Shown here: in pieces, positions 20,545-28,436 of the stretch | Position numbering within the stretch: the first letter of the stretch is position 1 | How the letters are laid out: every line of letters starts with the position of its first letter | DNA from: a bacterium | GTDB taxonomy: Bacteria > Patescibacteriota > CPR2 > UBA1875 > JAJYID01 | Direction: 5' to 3' | Assembly: GCA_030647205.1 (NCBI GenBank) | Contig: JAUSJO010000002.1 | Coordinates: 177,112 to 241,111, forward strand | DNA: 64,000 nucleotides | Notes under the pieces: model-generated | Database searches by the model: none | Told to the model about the DNA's origin: nothing | Seen by the model: only the letters and a program-made list of their open reading frames with translations | Made by a program: the position numbers and the translations under genes

Positions 20545-21858
20545 ATGGAAAACACAGCCTTAGAAATAGTTAAAGAACTAAAAGATAAGGGATTTGAAAG
20601 CTACTTTGCCGGTGGTACTGTCCGGGATTTGTTGCTTGGTAAAGCTCCGAAAGACTATGACATTGTTACATCGGCGAAACCTGAAGAAATAGAAGATATT
20701 TTAGAACATACTATCCCGATTGGTAAAAAATTCGGTGTGATTTTAGCAGTCAGAAACGGACATAACTTTGAAGTGGCGACATTTCGATCTGATGCGGCTT
20801 ACTCTGACGGTCGCCGTCCTGATGCGGTGTACTTTACTGACCCAAAAGAGGATGCTCTCAGACGGGACTTCACGATAAACGGCATGTTTTATGACCCAAT
20901 GACGAAAAAAGTTCTCGACTTTGTCGACGGACAGGAAGATTTAAAAAACAAGACTTTGAGATTCATTGGTGATTCGCATGAGAGAATTGTTGAGGACAAT
21001 TTACGGCTCCTTCGTGCGATTAGGTTCAAAAATTCACTAGATTTAGAGTATGCACCAGGAACCCTTGATGCAATCAAAAACAATAAAGAGCTAATTCAAA
21101 ATGTTTCTGCCGAGAGAATACAGGATGAACTAACTAAAATCCTGCTTGGCAAAAATCCAGGGCAAGCACTCCGGGAAATGTCTGGGGCGGGAATCTTACA
21201 GATTATTTTACCTGAAGCAGAAGCCTTGAAAGGTGTGAAACAGCCGGAACTCTACCATAAAGAAGGTGATGTTTTCGAACATATCTTGATGTCGCTGGAT
21301 GCTCTACCGGAAAAACCTTCTACGGAACTTGCTTGGGCGGTTTTGCTCCATGACATTGGCAAACCCCAGACGTATTCGGTTTCTGATAGGATCAGATATA
21401 ACGGTCATGCCGAAAAAGGATCGGAACTAGTCGGAGAAATCGGCAAAAGATTGAAATTTTCAAATGAGATGGCATCAAACTTGAAGTGGTTGGTTGCTCA
21501 TCATATGATGCTTGGGGATTTACTGAAGATGAAAAAGGCTCGCCAGGCGCATTGGATACATCAGCCGTTATTCAACGAACTTTTAGAACTTCTTCGAGCG
21601 GATGCGCTCGGTACAAAACCGAAAGATCTAAGCTTGTATAATGAACTTAAAAAGCTGTCAGAAGAAAAGGAACTGCTTTTGCCAAGTCCGGAGATTTTAC
21701 TGACCGGAAAAGAGATTATGGAGGAGTTTGGTATAAAAGAAGGGCCAGAAATCGGGGAAATACTGGATAAAGTCCACCATGCGCAAATGGAAGAGCATAT
21801 TAGAACAAAAGAAGAAGCTTTAAAGTTCGTCCAAGAAATATTGGAGAAGAGACCTTAG
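20545..21858 (+). CDS. cca: CCA-adding tRNA nucleotidyltransferase with C-terminal HD domain
   Basis: GGTVRDLLLGKAPKDYDIVT pol-beta NTase head, RRDFTING motif, HD motif LLHDIGKP. Confidence 0.8.
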   Translation: MENTALEIVKELKDKGFESYFAGGTVRDLLLGKAPKDYDIVTSAKPEEIEDILEHTIPIGKKFGVILAVRNGHNFEVATFRSDAAYSDGRRPDAVYFTDPKEDALRRDFTINGMFYDPMTKKVLDFVDGQEDLKNKTLRFIGDSHERIVEDNLRLLRAIRFKNSLDLEYAPGTLDAIKNNKELIQNVSAERIQDELTKILLGKNPGQALREMSGAGILQIILPEAEALKGVKQPELYHKEGDVFEHILMSLDALPEKPSTELAWAVLLHDIGKPQTYSVSDRIRYNGHAEKGSELVGEIGKRLKFSNEMASNLKWLVAHHMMLGDLLKMKKARQAHWIHQPLFNELLELLRADALGTKPKDLSLYNELKKLSEEKELLLPSPEILLTGKEIMEEFGIKEGPEIGEILDKVHHAQMEEHIRTKEEALKFVQEILEKRP

Positions 21859-21860
21859 CA

Positions 21861-22196
21861 ATGGATAACAACACTCAAGACAAAATAGAAGCCTATAATG
21901 CTGAAAGCGGACTAGAATCAAAAGCATTCAACCCAAAGGAGATTGAATATGCGGCTATCCAACAGCAAATCAACGAAGCGAAAGAAAAAAAGAGGAAGTC
22001 GCCATTTTATATTGTAGGGAAGATAATATTATATTTTGTTTTGTTGCCAATAATAACTTCATTGATTTATATCCGTTCATCAGACGGTTCAGATAACCCA
22101 TTGACTGAGGATATACCATTCATAGCCAAAGTAATTGCTGTTTTTTTGTGGGTTCTATTATTTATATCCGGTCTTGGTTGGTTATGGCTTACCTAG
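21861..22196 (+). CDS. Small membrane protein, unknown function
   Basis: two predicted TM helices; no recognisable motif. Confidence 0.35.
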   Translation: MDNNTQDKIEAYNAESGLESKAFNPKEIEYAAIQQQINEAKEKKRKSPFYIVGKIILYFVLLPIITSLIYIRSSDGSDNPLTEDIPFIAKVIAVFLWVLLFISGLGWLWLT

Positions 22197-22262
22197 ATTT
22201 CTTAATGGGCTACACTTGAATTGTTGAAATTTGACTGATTTTCGGGTATAATATTCAGGTTC

Positions 22263-22337
22263 GCGGGTATTGTATAATGGCTATTATGTCACCCTTCCAA
22301 GGTGAAGATGCGGGTTCGATCCCCGCTACCCGCTCCA
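22263..22337 (+). tRNA. tRNA-Gly (anticodon TCC)
   Basis: acceptor GCGGGTA/TACCCGC, anticodon stem TCACC/GGTGA loop CTTCCAA, T-loop TTCGATC, CCA encoded; promoter GGTATAAT at ~22244. Confidence 0.7.
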
Positions 22338-22340
22338 TAA

Positions 22341-22418
22341 GCGCCCTTAGCTCAGTTGGATTAGAGCGTCTGGTTTCGGCCCAGAAGGCCGCAGGTTCGA
22401 GTCCTGCAGGGCGCACCA
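22341..22418 (+). tRNA. tRNA-Arg (anticodon TCG)
   Basis: GCGCCCTTAGCTCAGTTGGATTAGAGC..., anticodon loop TTTCGGC, T-loop TTCGAGT, CCA encoded. Confidence 0.8.
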
Positions 22419-22427
22419 AAATATCGT

Positions 22428-22505
22428 GGTGGCTGTAGCTCAGTTGGTTAGAGCATCGGTTTGTGGTACCGAGGGTCGTGGGTTCGAATCCCATCAGCCA
22501 CCCCA
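22428..22505 (+). tRNA. tRNA-His (anticodon GTG) with extra 5' G(-1)
   Basis: G-1 + GTGGCTG acceptor pairing CAGCCAC, anticodon loop TTGTGGT, T-loop TTCGAAT, CCA encoded. Confidence 0.8.
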
Positions 22506-22563
22506 AGCATAAGCAGTATAAAAGAGACTTCATAATGGTCTCTTTTTGAGTTAAAATTGCACT

Positions 22564-23250
22564 ATGGTATTAAAAATTGCACGAAGAGGAGCGTCTGGTT
22601 ATTGTCCTGAAAACACAATGGCTGCATTTGATAAGGCGGTAGAGATTGACTGTGATACTATCGAGTTTGATATTCATAAAACCAAAGATGGTCATATCAT
22701 TGTTATGCATGATGACAATGTTCAGAGAACGACAGATGGTCTGGGAAATATCAAAGACTTAACACTCAAAGAAATTAAAATGTTTCATGAGCCAAATGGC
22801 GAATCTGTCCCAACACTACAAGGAGTTTTTGACTTGTTAAAGAATAAAAAAAGAATGATGCTTGATATTAAGGACCAAAATATGGAGAAGGAGGTTCTTA
22901 GCTTGGTAAATGATAACGATTTAGAAGAATACGTTATCATTGACTCAGACTTCCCTGATGTTGTAAAAAAAATAAAAAAGATGAATCCTAAAATTCATGT
23001 TTATCTTGGTGGGGTAACAAAGGATAATTATAAATCGGCCGTCCAAGAAGCTAAAATCATTGATGCTGAAATGATAAAAGTGGAAAATATCTTGGTTAAT
23101 GAAGATTTAGTGAAAGAAGCACATAACAATGGTATAGGAGTGTATGTTTGGGGCGCAGAAGAAACAAATGATATTAAAAATATGCAGGATTTAGATGTTG
23201 ATGCTATTGTCTGCGATTTCCCTGACAAGATTCCTGAATTCAGCTTCTAA
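22564..23250 (+). CDS. Glycerophosphodiester phosphodiesterase (GDPD family)
   Basis: IARRGASGYCPENT...IEFDIHKTKDGHIIVMHDDNVQRTTDG motifs. Confidence 0.75.
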   Translation: MVLKIARRGASGYCPENTMAAFDKAVEIDCDTIEFDIHKTKDGHIIVMHDDNVQRTTDGLGNIKDLTLKEIKMFHEPNGESVPTLQGVFDLLKNKKRMMLDIKDQNMEKEVLSLVNDNDLEEYVIIDSDFPDVVKKIKKMNPKIHVYLGGVTKDNYKSAVQEAKIIDAEMIKVENILVNEDLVKEAHNNGIGVYVWGAEETNDIKNMQDLDVDAIVCDFPDKIPEFSF

Positions 23251-23260
23251 ACTATTATTT

Positions 23261-23312
23261 CAGTTCTGACATCGCTAACTACCTGTCCTCCGAAGGAGGG
23301 TCCGACCCCAAG
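23261..23312 (+). repeat. Cassette-junction element copy A (CAGTTCTGACATCGCTAACTACCTG...CCGACCCCAAG)
   Basis: one of six related elements after successive genes; 3' half resembles tRNA-His 3' end; followed by hairpin 23327-23349 and TGCTAGAATAT -10. Confidence 0.7.
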
Positions 23313-23370
23313 TATAAGCATAATAAAAGAGGCAGAAATGTCTCTTTTTATGCTAGAATATAACTTGAAA

Positions 23371-23847
23371 ATGGATATTCAAATTAGGGAAGCTAAAATT
23401 GAAGATTATGATGATATTAACGCTCTTTACAAAGAAGTAGACGAGTTTCATTTTGAAATGAAGCCGAACCGACTAAAGGGCCCTGGTCACTTCGGGAGAG
23501 AAAAGCAGCATTTTGAGGGAGTAATTAAAAATAAAAACTCAACTATTCTTGTAGCCACTCAAGGCACTGCTATTGTCGGATTTGCGGAGTTAGTCATAGA
23601 GAACGAACCCGAGAGTAATTTTTTACATCCTGAGAACCATGTAGAAATTGAGTTTTTTGTGGTGAAGGAGTCCTATCGGGGTTCGGGCGTGGGAAGATTA
23701 TTGATGAGAGGAGTTGAAGATTGGGCAAAGGCGAAAAAAATCAAGGCCCTTACACTAAACGCCCATTCTGCCAATGAAATGGCATTAGGATTTTATCAAA
23801 AAAATGGATATAAAATAACCAGCATTAATTTGCGTAAAGATTTGTAA
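23371..23847 (+). CDS. GNAT-family N-acetyltransferase (start moved to MDIQIRE; ORF-track 23338 start lies in terminator/promoter)
   Basis: acetyl-CoA motif VVKESYRGSGVGRLLM...FYQKNGY. Confidence 0.75.
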   Translation: MDIQIREAKIEDYDDINALYKEVDEFHFEMKPNRLKGPGHFGREKQHFEGVIKNKNSTILVATQGTAIVGFAELVIENEPESNFLHPENHVEIEFFVVKESYRGSGVGRLLMRGVEDWAKAKKIKALTLNAHSANEMALGFYQKNGYKITSINLRKDL

Positions 23848-23853
23848 TTATTT

Positions 23854-23883
23854 TAGCTAAGACATCGTTAGTTATCTGACACC
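23854..23883 (+). repeat. Cassette-junction element copy B (degenerate: TAGCTAAGACATCGTTAGTTATCTGACACC)
   Basis: same position relative to stop codon; followed by perfect terminator AAAAAGAGTCTCAAATGAGACTCTTTTT (23896-23923) and TGTGATATAAT -10. Confidence 0.5.
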
Positions 23884-23942
23884 ATCTTAATGATTAAAAA
23901 GAGTCTCAAATGAGACTCTTTTTAATGTGATATAATTAGTTA

Positions 23943-24617
23943 ATGAAGTCAGAAGATTTGTCAGAAGAAGCAATTAGGGAAAATTGTCCTCATTGCAATA
24001 TAAAGTCTCAAGCTTTTCATGATTTTTTAGACGAATCAGACAATTTTTTTATTGTTTGCGATAGCCATCCTCTTGAAGAAGGGCATATCTTGTTGATTCC
24101 TAGGAAACATATTTCTTGTATTGGAGAATACCCAGACGATATTATTGATGAATTTTTAGATTTATATAAATATATTGCTAAATTCATCAAGAAAACGTAT
24201 GGAAGTGTGGCTATTTTTGAGCATGGAATTACTGGACAAACAGTTTTCCACTCACATATTCATTTTCTTCCATTTGAAGGCAATCCTGCCAACATAATTC
24301 CAGAGGGGAATGAATACATCCAACAGATTGATAGTGTTATTGATTTGAAGAAGATATTTAAAAAAGACGGTAAATATCTATTTTTCTCTATGGGAAAAAG
24401 TAATTGGGTTGTTGATACAAAAATTACTGCGCCTCGGTTTTTTCGCGACAGGTTTGCCATATCGTTGGGTAACAGAGAAAGGGCGGATTGGAAGAAGTTT
24501 CATTCCAACAAATCACTTATGCAAGAAGGCTATAAAGAAAACGAAGAGTGTAAAAACAAGTGGAAAGAATATAAGAGGAATGATCCTACAGACCTTATTA
24601 AGAGAACGTTACAATAG
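23943..24617 (+). CDS. HIT-family (histidine triad) nucleotide hydrolase/transferase with C-terminal extension
   Basis: CPHC N-terminal, GHILLIPRKHI, histidine triad HSHIHFLP. Confidence 0.65.
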   Translation: MKSEDLSEEAIRENCPHCNIKSQAFHDFLDESDNFFIVCDSHPLEEGHILLIPRKHISCIGEYPDDIIDEFLDLYKYIAKFIKKTYGSVAIFEHGITGQTVFHSHIHFLPFEGNPANIIPEGNEYIQQIDSVIDLKKIFKKDGKYLFFSMGKSNWVVDTKITAPRFFRDRFAISLGNRERADWKKFHSNKSLMQEGYKENEECKNKWKEYKRNDPTDLIKRTLQ

Positions 24618-24647
24618 TTCTGACACCTGCAACTACCCGACCCAAAG
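24615..24647 (+). repeat. Cassette-junction element copy C (TAGTTCTGACACCTGCAACTACCCGACCCAAAG; stop codon is part of element)
   Basis: followed by hairpin AGAGACCTCATTTGAGGCTCTTTTT and TGTTAGAATAT -10, RBS AAGAGGAG. Confidence 0.7.
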
Positions 24648-24721
24648 TATAATCATTATAGAAGAGACCTCATTTGAGGCTCTTTTTATGTTAGAATATT
24701 AATATTAAGAGGAGAGTGAAA

Positions 24722-25345
24722 ATGAATGAAGGCGTAAATCAAACAGGAGATTTACCAGAAATAAAATATGAAGATATTGAGGGTGAATTGTCCCGATCAC
24801 TTAATCATATGTTTTTGGAAAAATATTGGACAAAAGGTAAGACCAGCAAGGAAGCCATTGAAGAGCTAAATCTGCCACATGGATTAGAGTCGAGTGCGGG
24901 AACAAATTTTCCACCTGTTGCAGGGAGATCGGGTCTTCACCTTATGAGGATTTTGGGTCCTGGTCGCTCTGAATCTGAGAGGGAGTTTGGTCTTTCAGTT
25001 TTAAGAAACTCCGGCAAAATTAACTATGAAGAGGGTGAGATAGAAAATAACCGATTAAAGCACTCGGGTGAAGGTGCTGACACCGCTATGTTTTGGACAT
25101 TTTCACCCTATCTATACAAGGCGTTAGGTCAAAAAGGCTTATCAGATGAAGAGGCACTTAAAAAAACATTCTTGTGGGGTCATAATGAAAATGAAGAGGG
25201 AAAATATATACACCTAAGAGGTTTAGAAAAATACAAAAATGCTTGGATATTAATGCAACCCGGTGATGTAACCCATCAGTTTACCGAACAAGAAGCAAAT
25301 AGAATCGTTGATGAAGTTATTTTGGCAGAACAACCAGAAAAATAG
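24722..25345 (+). CDS. Hypothetical protein (207 aa; start at ATG after GAGGAG RBS)
   Basis: ORF only; no recognised motif. Confidence 0.4.
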   Translation: MNEGVNQTGDLPEIKYEDIEGELSRSLNHMFLEKYWTKGKTSKEAIEELNLPHGLESSAGTNFPPVAGRSGLHLMRILGPGRSESEREFGLSVLRNSGKINYEEGEIENNRLKHSGEGADTAMFWTFSPYLYKALGQKGLSDEEALKKTFLWGHNENEEGKYIHLRGLEKYKNAWILMQPGDVTHQFTEQEANRIVDEVILAEQPEK

Positions 25346-25373
25346 TTCTAATATCTCTAACTACCCGACCCCA
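25343..25373 (+). repeat. Cassette-junction element copy D (TAGTTCTAATATCTCTAACTACCCGACCCCATG)
   Basis: overlaps stop codon; followed by hairpin AAATCACCGATTTTACGGTGGTTTTTT. Confidence 0.7.
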
Positions 25374-25474
25374 TGAAAAAATCACCGATTTTACGGTGGT
25401 TTTTTCTTTGTGAATTAATGAATGGAAGGTTGGGAGACAAAGGAATATTAAAGAAACGAACTAAGTTGAATTTA

Positions 25475-25912
25475 TTATTTGAAGAAATCGAAATCATTAG
25501 CAATATGTTTTCCGATAGTCCTAGGAATATCGTTCCCAGGTCCTAATGAATCATAAAATTCTAATATTCTATCAACTTTCTCCTTGTTAAGGTCATCTTT
25601 GCTTAATCCGCTTTCTTCAATAGCCTCAATAATAAATGGAAAAGCACTGCTGCTTCCTGCGTAAGATTTTTGCCAGCGCTCAAGGAGGCCTTCGGCTCGT
25701 AACCTTTCTTCGTTTTCGTCATCTCTTTGCTTTAGTATTCTCTGGATTTCCTCATACCAGTCTTTCTCTTCTCTAAGATCGGGCATGTTTTCACCAACCA
25801 TATAATCTGCCGCTTTTTTTGCTTCGCCTTCTGAAAATACGTCATCAATTAATGCTCGATACTCTTCGCCGACTTCTCCTGAGGGAATTCGGCGGTTTTC
25901 TGGATTTACCAT
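25475..25912 (-). CDS. Hypothetical acidic protein (145 aa), only minus-strand unit in the array
   Basis: ORF only. Confidence 0.4.
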   Translation of the reverse strand: MVNPENRRIPSGEVGEEYRALIDDVFSEGEAKKAADYMVGENMPDLREEKDWYEEIQRILKQRDDENEERLRAEGLLERWQKSYAGSSSAFPFIIEAIEESGLSKDDLNKEKVDRILEFYDSLGPGNDIPRTIGKHIANDFDFFK

Positions 25913-25984
25913 TATAACCTCTAAGTTAATTTGTATAGATTATCTCATCAGTTTAGTTAAATTTGCAACTCACTTTCATAATTT

Positions 25985-26068
25985 CAGTCCTGACATCGCT
26001 AACTATCTGTTCGTCCCCGCCAGAGGTTGGGTAAACTCCGCTTTAACGAAGGATGATCCGACCCCAAG
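25985..26068 (+). repeat. Cassette-junction element copy E, long form (CAGTCCTGACATCGCTAACTATCTG + 46-nt insert + CCGACCCCAAG)
   Basis: lies upstream of MazG-like gene after a divergent gene; followed by hairpin AATAATACCTTTATGCAGGTATTATT and TATGATATAAT -10. Confidence 0.7.
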
Positions 26069-26124
26069 ATATTAAATAATACCTTTATGCAGGTATTATT
26101 TTTATTTATGATATAATCTACTTT

Positions 26125-26493
26125 ATGGATTATAAATACAAACATTCTGACGCCTCTCAGGAAGTAGATTATCCCAAATTAGTTAGGGACAATATTCCGG
26201 ACATAAATCTAAAACGTTGGGGCAAAGAGCTTGACCATCGTATTGCCACAGACGATAAAGAATACTTAGCCTACCTTCTCAAGAAACTAACCGAGGAGGC
26301 TGAGGAGTTACAGTTTTCGCCCGCTGAAGAAATTGGTGACGAGATAGCTGATGTTTATGAAATTATTGATGCGATTATAAAGGTGGTGGGTTTATCGAAA
26401 TCTGAAATCGAAAAATTTCAAAAAGTAAAAAGGACCGACCAGGGCGGTTTTGAAAAAAGAGTTTTAATGCTCTCTAAGAACATGCCCGAATAG
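26125..26493 (+). CDS. MazG-like nucleoside triphosphate pyrophosphohydrolase (YpjD-like small all-alpha NTP-PPase)
   Basis: KLVRDNIPD N-terminal motif and EE..E....DE acidic helices typical of MazG-type. Confidence 0.6.
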   Translation: MDYKYKHSDASQEVDYPKLVRDNIPDINLKRWGKELDHRIATDDKEYLAYLLKKLTEEAEELQFSPAEEIGDEIADVYEIIDAIIKVVGLSKSEIEKFQKVKRTDQGGFEKRVLMLSKNMPE

Positions 26494-26520
26494 CCTCAGT
26501 TCTGACATTGTCAATCGATT
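26494..26520 (+). repeat. Cassette-junction element copy F (degenerate: CCTCAGTTCTGACATTGTCAATCGATT)
   Basis: followed by hairpin AAAAGAGACCGATGAAGTCTCTTTTTTT and TGTGATATAAT -10. Confidence 0.5.
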
Positions 26521-26570
26521 AGAAAAGAGACCGATGAAGTCTCTTTTTTTGTTTGTGATATAATTTTTTC

Positions 26571-26939
26571 ATGGGAAAGATCAACTCAAAACTAATAGCT
26601 CCTTGTGGGATGAACTGTGGGATTTGTCTTCATTACTTAAGGGCAGAGAACAAATGTACGGGTTGTTTTTCGGGAAGGAAGGTAAATGGCAGACCCATAA
26701 AATGCAGTATAAAACTTTGCAAGGATAGACGCGGCGAATACTGCTTTGACTGCGATAAATTTCCCTGTGAAAGACTTGATCGATTGGACAAGAGATACAG
26801 AGAAAGATATGGTATGAGCGAAATTGAGAATTTAGAGTTTATTCGTGACAAGGGGATGGATGAGTTTATAAAGAGAGAGCGGGGGAAGTGGCAGTCTGAT
26901 AAGGGTATCCTCTGCGTTCATGACAAAAAATACTATTAA
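26571..26939 (+). CDS. Cys-rich small protein, DUF3795-like (putative metal-binding)
   Basis: APCGMNCGICLHY...CTGC...C..KLC....YCFDCDKFPCERL pattern. Confidence 0.45.
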   Translation: MGKINSKLIAPCGMNCGICLHYLRAENKCTGCFSGRKVNGRPIKCSIKLCKDRRGEYCFDCDKFPCERLDRLDKRYRERYGMSEIENLEFIRDKGMDEFIKRERGKWQSDKGILCVHDKKYY

Positions 26940-26982
26940 GGTTGTGTTATAATTGCCTCATCACATTAAAAAAGGAGTTTGT

Positions 26983-27312
26983 ATGAGCAATATGAAAATG
27001 GATAAGCCTTTAGCGCTAAAGACCTTGAGAAATACGGTAGCTGCCGCGATATATATTTTTGGCGTTTCGCAACTCATGGCTAACGGTGAAAGACTGTTTG
27101 GCAGTGAAGATAACCATACTTTTGCTCCATTTGCTATTTTGCTGCTCTTTTCACTCTCGGCTGCTGTTGTGGGCGGGCTAATCTTCGGTCAATCCGTATA
27201 CCTTTTTCTGGATAACAAGAAAAAGGAAAGCGTAACGGCGATATTCTATAGTATTGGATGGCTGGCGCTCATCACGGTACTTGGGTTTACCCTTTTGTTC
27301 CTAATGAAATAA
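26983..27312 (+). CDS. Small membrane protein (3 TM); start at ATG after AAGGAG RBS and TGTGTTATAAT -10
   Basis: ORF + promoter/RBS read directly. Confidence 0.4.
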   Translation: MSNMKMDKPLALKTLRNTVAAAIYIFGVSQLMANGERLFGSEDNHTFAPFAILLLFSLSAAVVGGLIFGQSVYLFLDNKKKESVTAIFYSIGWLALITVLGFTLLFLMK

Positions 27313-27395
27313 AAGCCTAAACTCGCTTGAGTCATAGGGGAGCCCAACATTAAAAAATAGAGTTTTTAATTTTGGGTAAAAAACACTTGACAAAG

Positions 27396-27430
27396 AGTAT
27401 ACGTATATTTATACTTATACCAGTACTATT
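27396..27430 (+). promoter_or_regulatory. Sigma70-like promoter TTGACA-N18-TATACT with AAGGAG RBS before 27447
   Basis: read directly. Confidence 0.5.
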
Positions 27431-27446
27431 AAAAAAGGAGAAGACC

Positions 27447-27956
27447 ATGGGTAATAAAACAATCTATGTGAAAGGCAGTGACGAAAACGTCTATAAAGAG
27501 GCACAAAAGATTGCAGGTGAAGCACTATCATCTGTCATCTCAAAGGCGCTCAGGGAGTTTGTCGACCGATCTAAGGCACTCAAGGGGGAGATGCGTGAGA
27601 TCAGCGTCAATGTTGGCTCAAAAGATGCTATGCGTGAGCAAAAGTTTATCGGTAACCAGATTGGCAAGTGGAGAGGTTTTTCTAAGGACAAGGAGTATTG
27701 GCAAACTGCCAAGGTATATGAAACGCAGAAAGGTAATATAGCCATTTTGCTAACGACTGTCTGTAAGGCGAGCTTGATGACAAATCCGAGAGATTGGAAG
27801 AAAAACCATGAATATTACAAAGATGTTGCTAACTCAGAACTACTCACAGCAAAAAAGCCAAAAGAGTTTAAGGACAAGATACCTGAAGATCTTTTGAAAA
27901 AGATAGAGGACTTGCTAAAAAAGGAAGAAAATAAAGTCGAATATTTGGACATCTAG
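27447..27956 (+). CDS. EXLDI-family protein (ends ...VEYLDI)
   Basis: C-terminal E-x-L-D-I motif characteristic of TIGR04342-type family (recalled); start moved to MGNKTIY after RBS. Confidence 0.45.
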   Translation: MGNKTIYVKGSDENVYKEAQKIAGEALSSVISKALREFVDRSKALKGEMREISVNVGSKDAMREQKFIGNQIGKWRGFSKDKEYWQTAKVYETQKGNIAILLTTVCKASLMTNPRDWKKNHEYYKDVANSELLTAKKPKEFKDKIPEDLLKKIEDLLKKEENKVEYLDI

Positions 27957-28031
27957 GCATTTTAGTAAAATAACACCTATTTTTAGGTGTTATTTTTGGT
28001 TATGATATAGTTTCAAAAAGGGATTTAAACT

Positions 28032-28283
28032 ATGCCAAAAGAAAAATTTGGGTCTGAAAAGGTTATTAAAATCAAAAAAGACGGACCGTATGTTGTGTGC
28101 GGTAATATTCCTATGGCGAAGCAGACCATCATTACCGATGAAGATGGGGTGTCTGTCCGTTGGGAAAAGGGAGAGGAATATCCGAGGATGGAACAGTATT
28201 CTCTCTGTCGTTGCGGCAACTCAGAAAATAAGCCATTTTGTGACAGTATGCACATACATACCGGATTTAGGGACGATGAATAG
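28032..28283 (+). CDS. CDGSH-type iron-sulfur domain protein (mitoNEET-like, variant CDSMH)
   Basis: CRCGNSENKPFCDSMH matches C-x-C-x2-S-x3-P-x-C-D-G-[SA]-H pattern with one substitution. Confidence 0.55.
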   Translation: MPKEKFGSEKVIKIKKDGPYVVCGNIPMAKQTIITDEDGVSVRWEKGEEYPRMEQYSLCRCGNSENKPFCDSMHIHTGFRDDE

Positions 28284-28436
28284 CATTTTTATGTATCATT
28301 TGTAAAAATGAAAGTATCTTTAATATCCGAAATAGCCTAAGCTTAGACGGTACATGCTTTGCGTATTTTTACTTCTGCGCTGGTAAATTATTGTATATAT
28401 AAAAATTCCGGATAATTAAGAGTTAAGAGAGGCGTT

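Noticed and set aside
22255-22533. 92-aa minus-strand ORF in the six-frame track
   Set aside because: Lies entirely across the tRNA-Gly/Arg/His cluster; an artefact of translating structured tRNA sequence.
23338-23370. ORF-track start codon of the GNAT gene at 23338 (MSLFMLEYNLK...)
   Set aside because: These codons are the terminator hairpin and -10 box of the junction; the GNAT domain begins at MDIQIRE (23371).
23250-26575. Interpreting the junction elements as classical integron attC sites
   Set aside because: Could not find convincing R''/L''/L'/R' cores (GTTRRRY / RYYYAAC), cassettes carry their own promoters, and no IntI-like gene is present. The elements are therefore described as att-like/tRNA-His-derived rather than attC.
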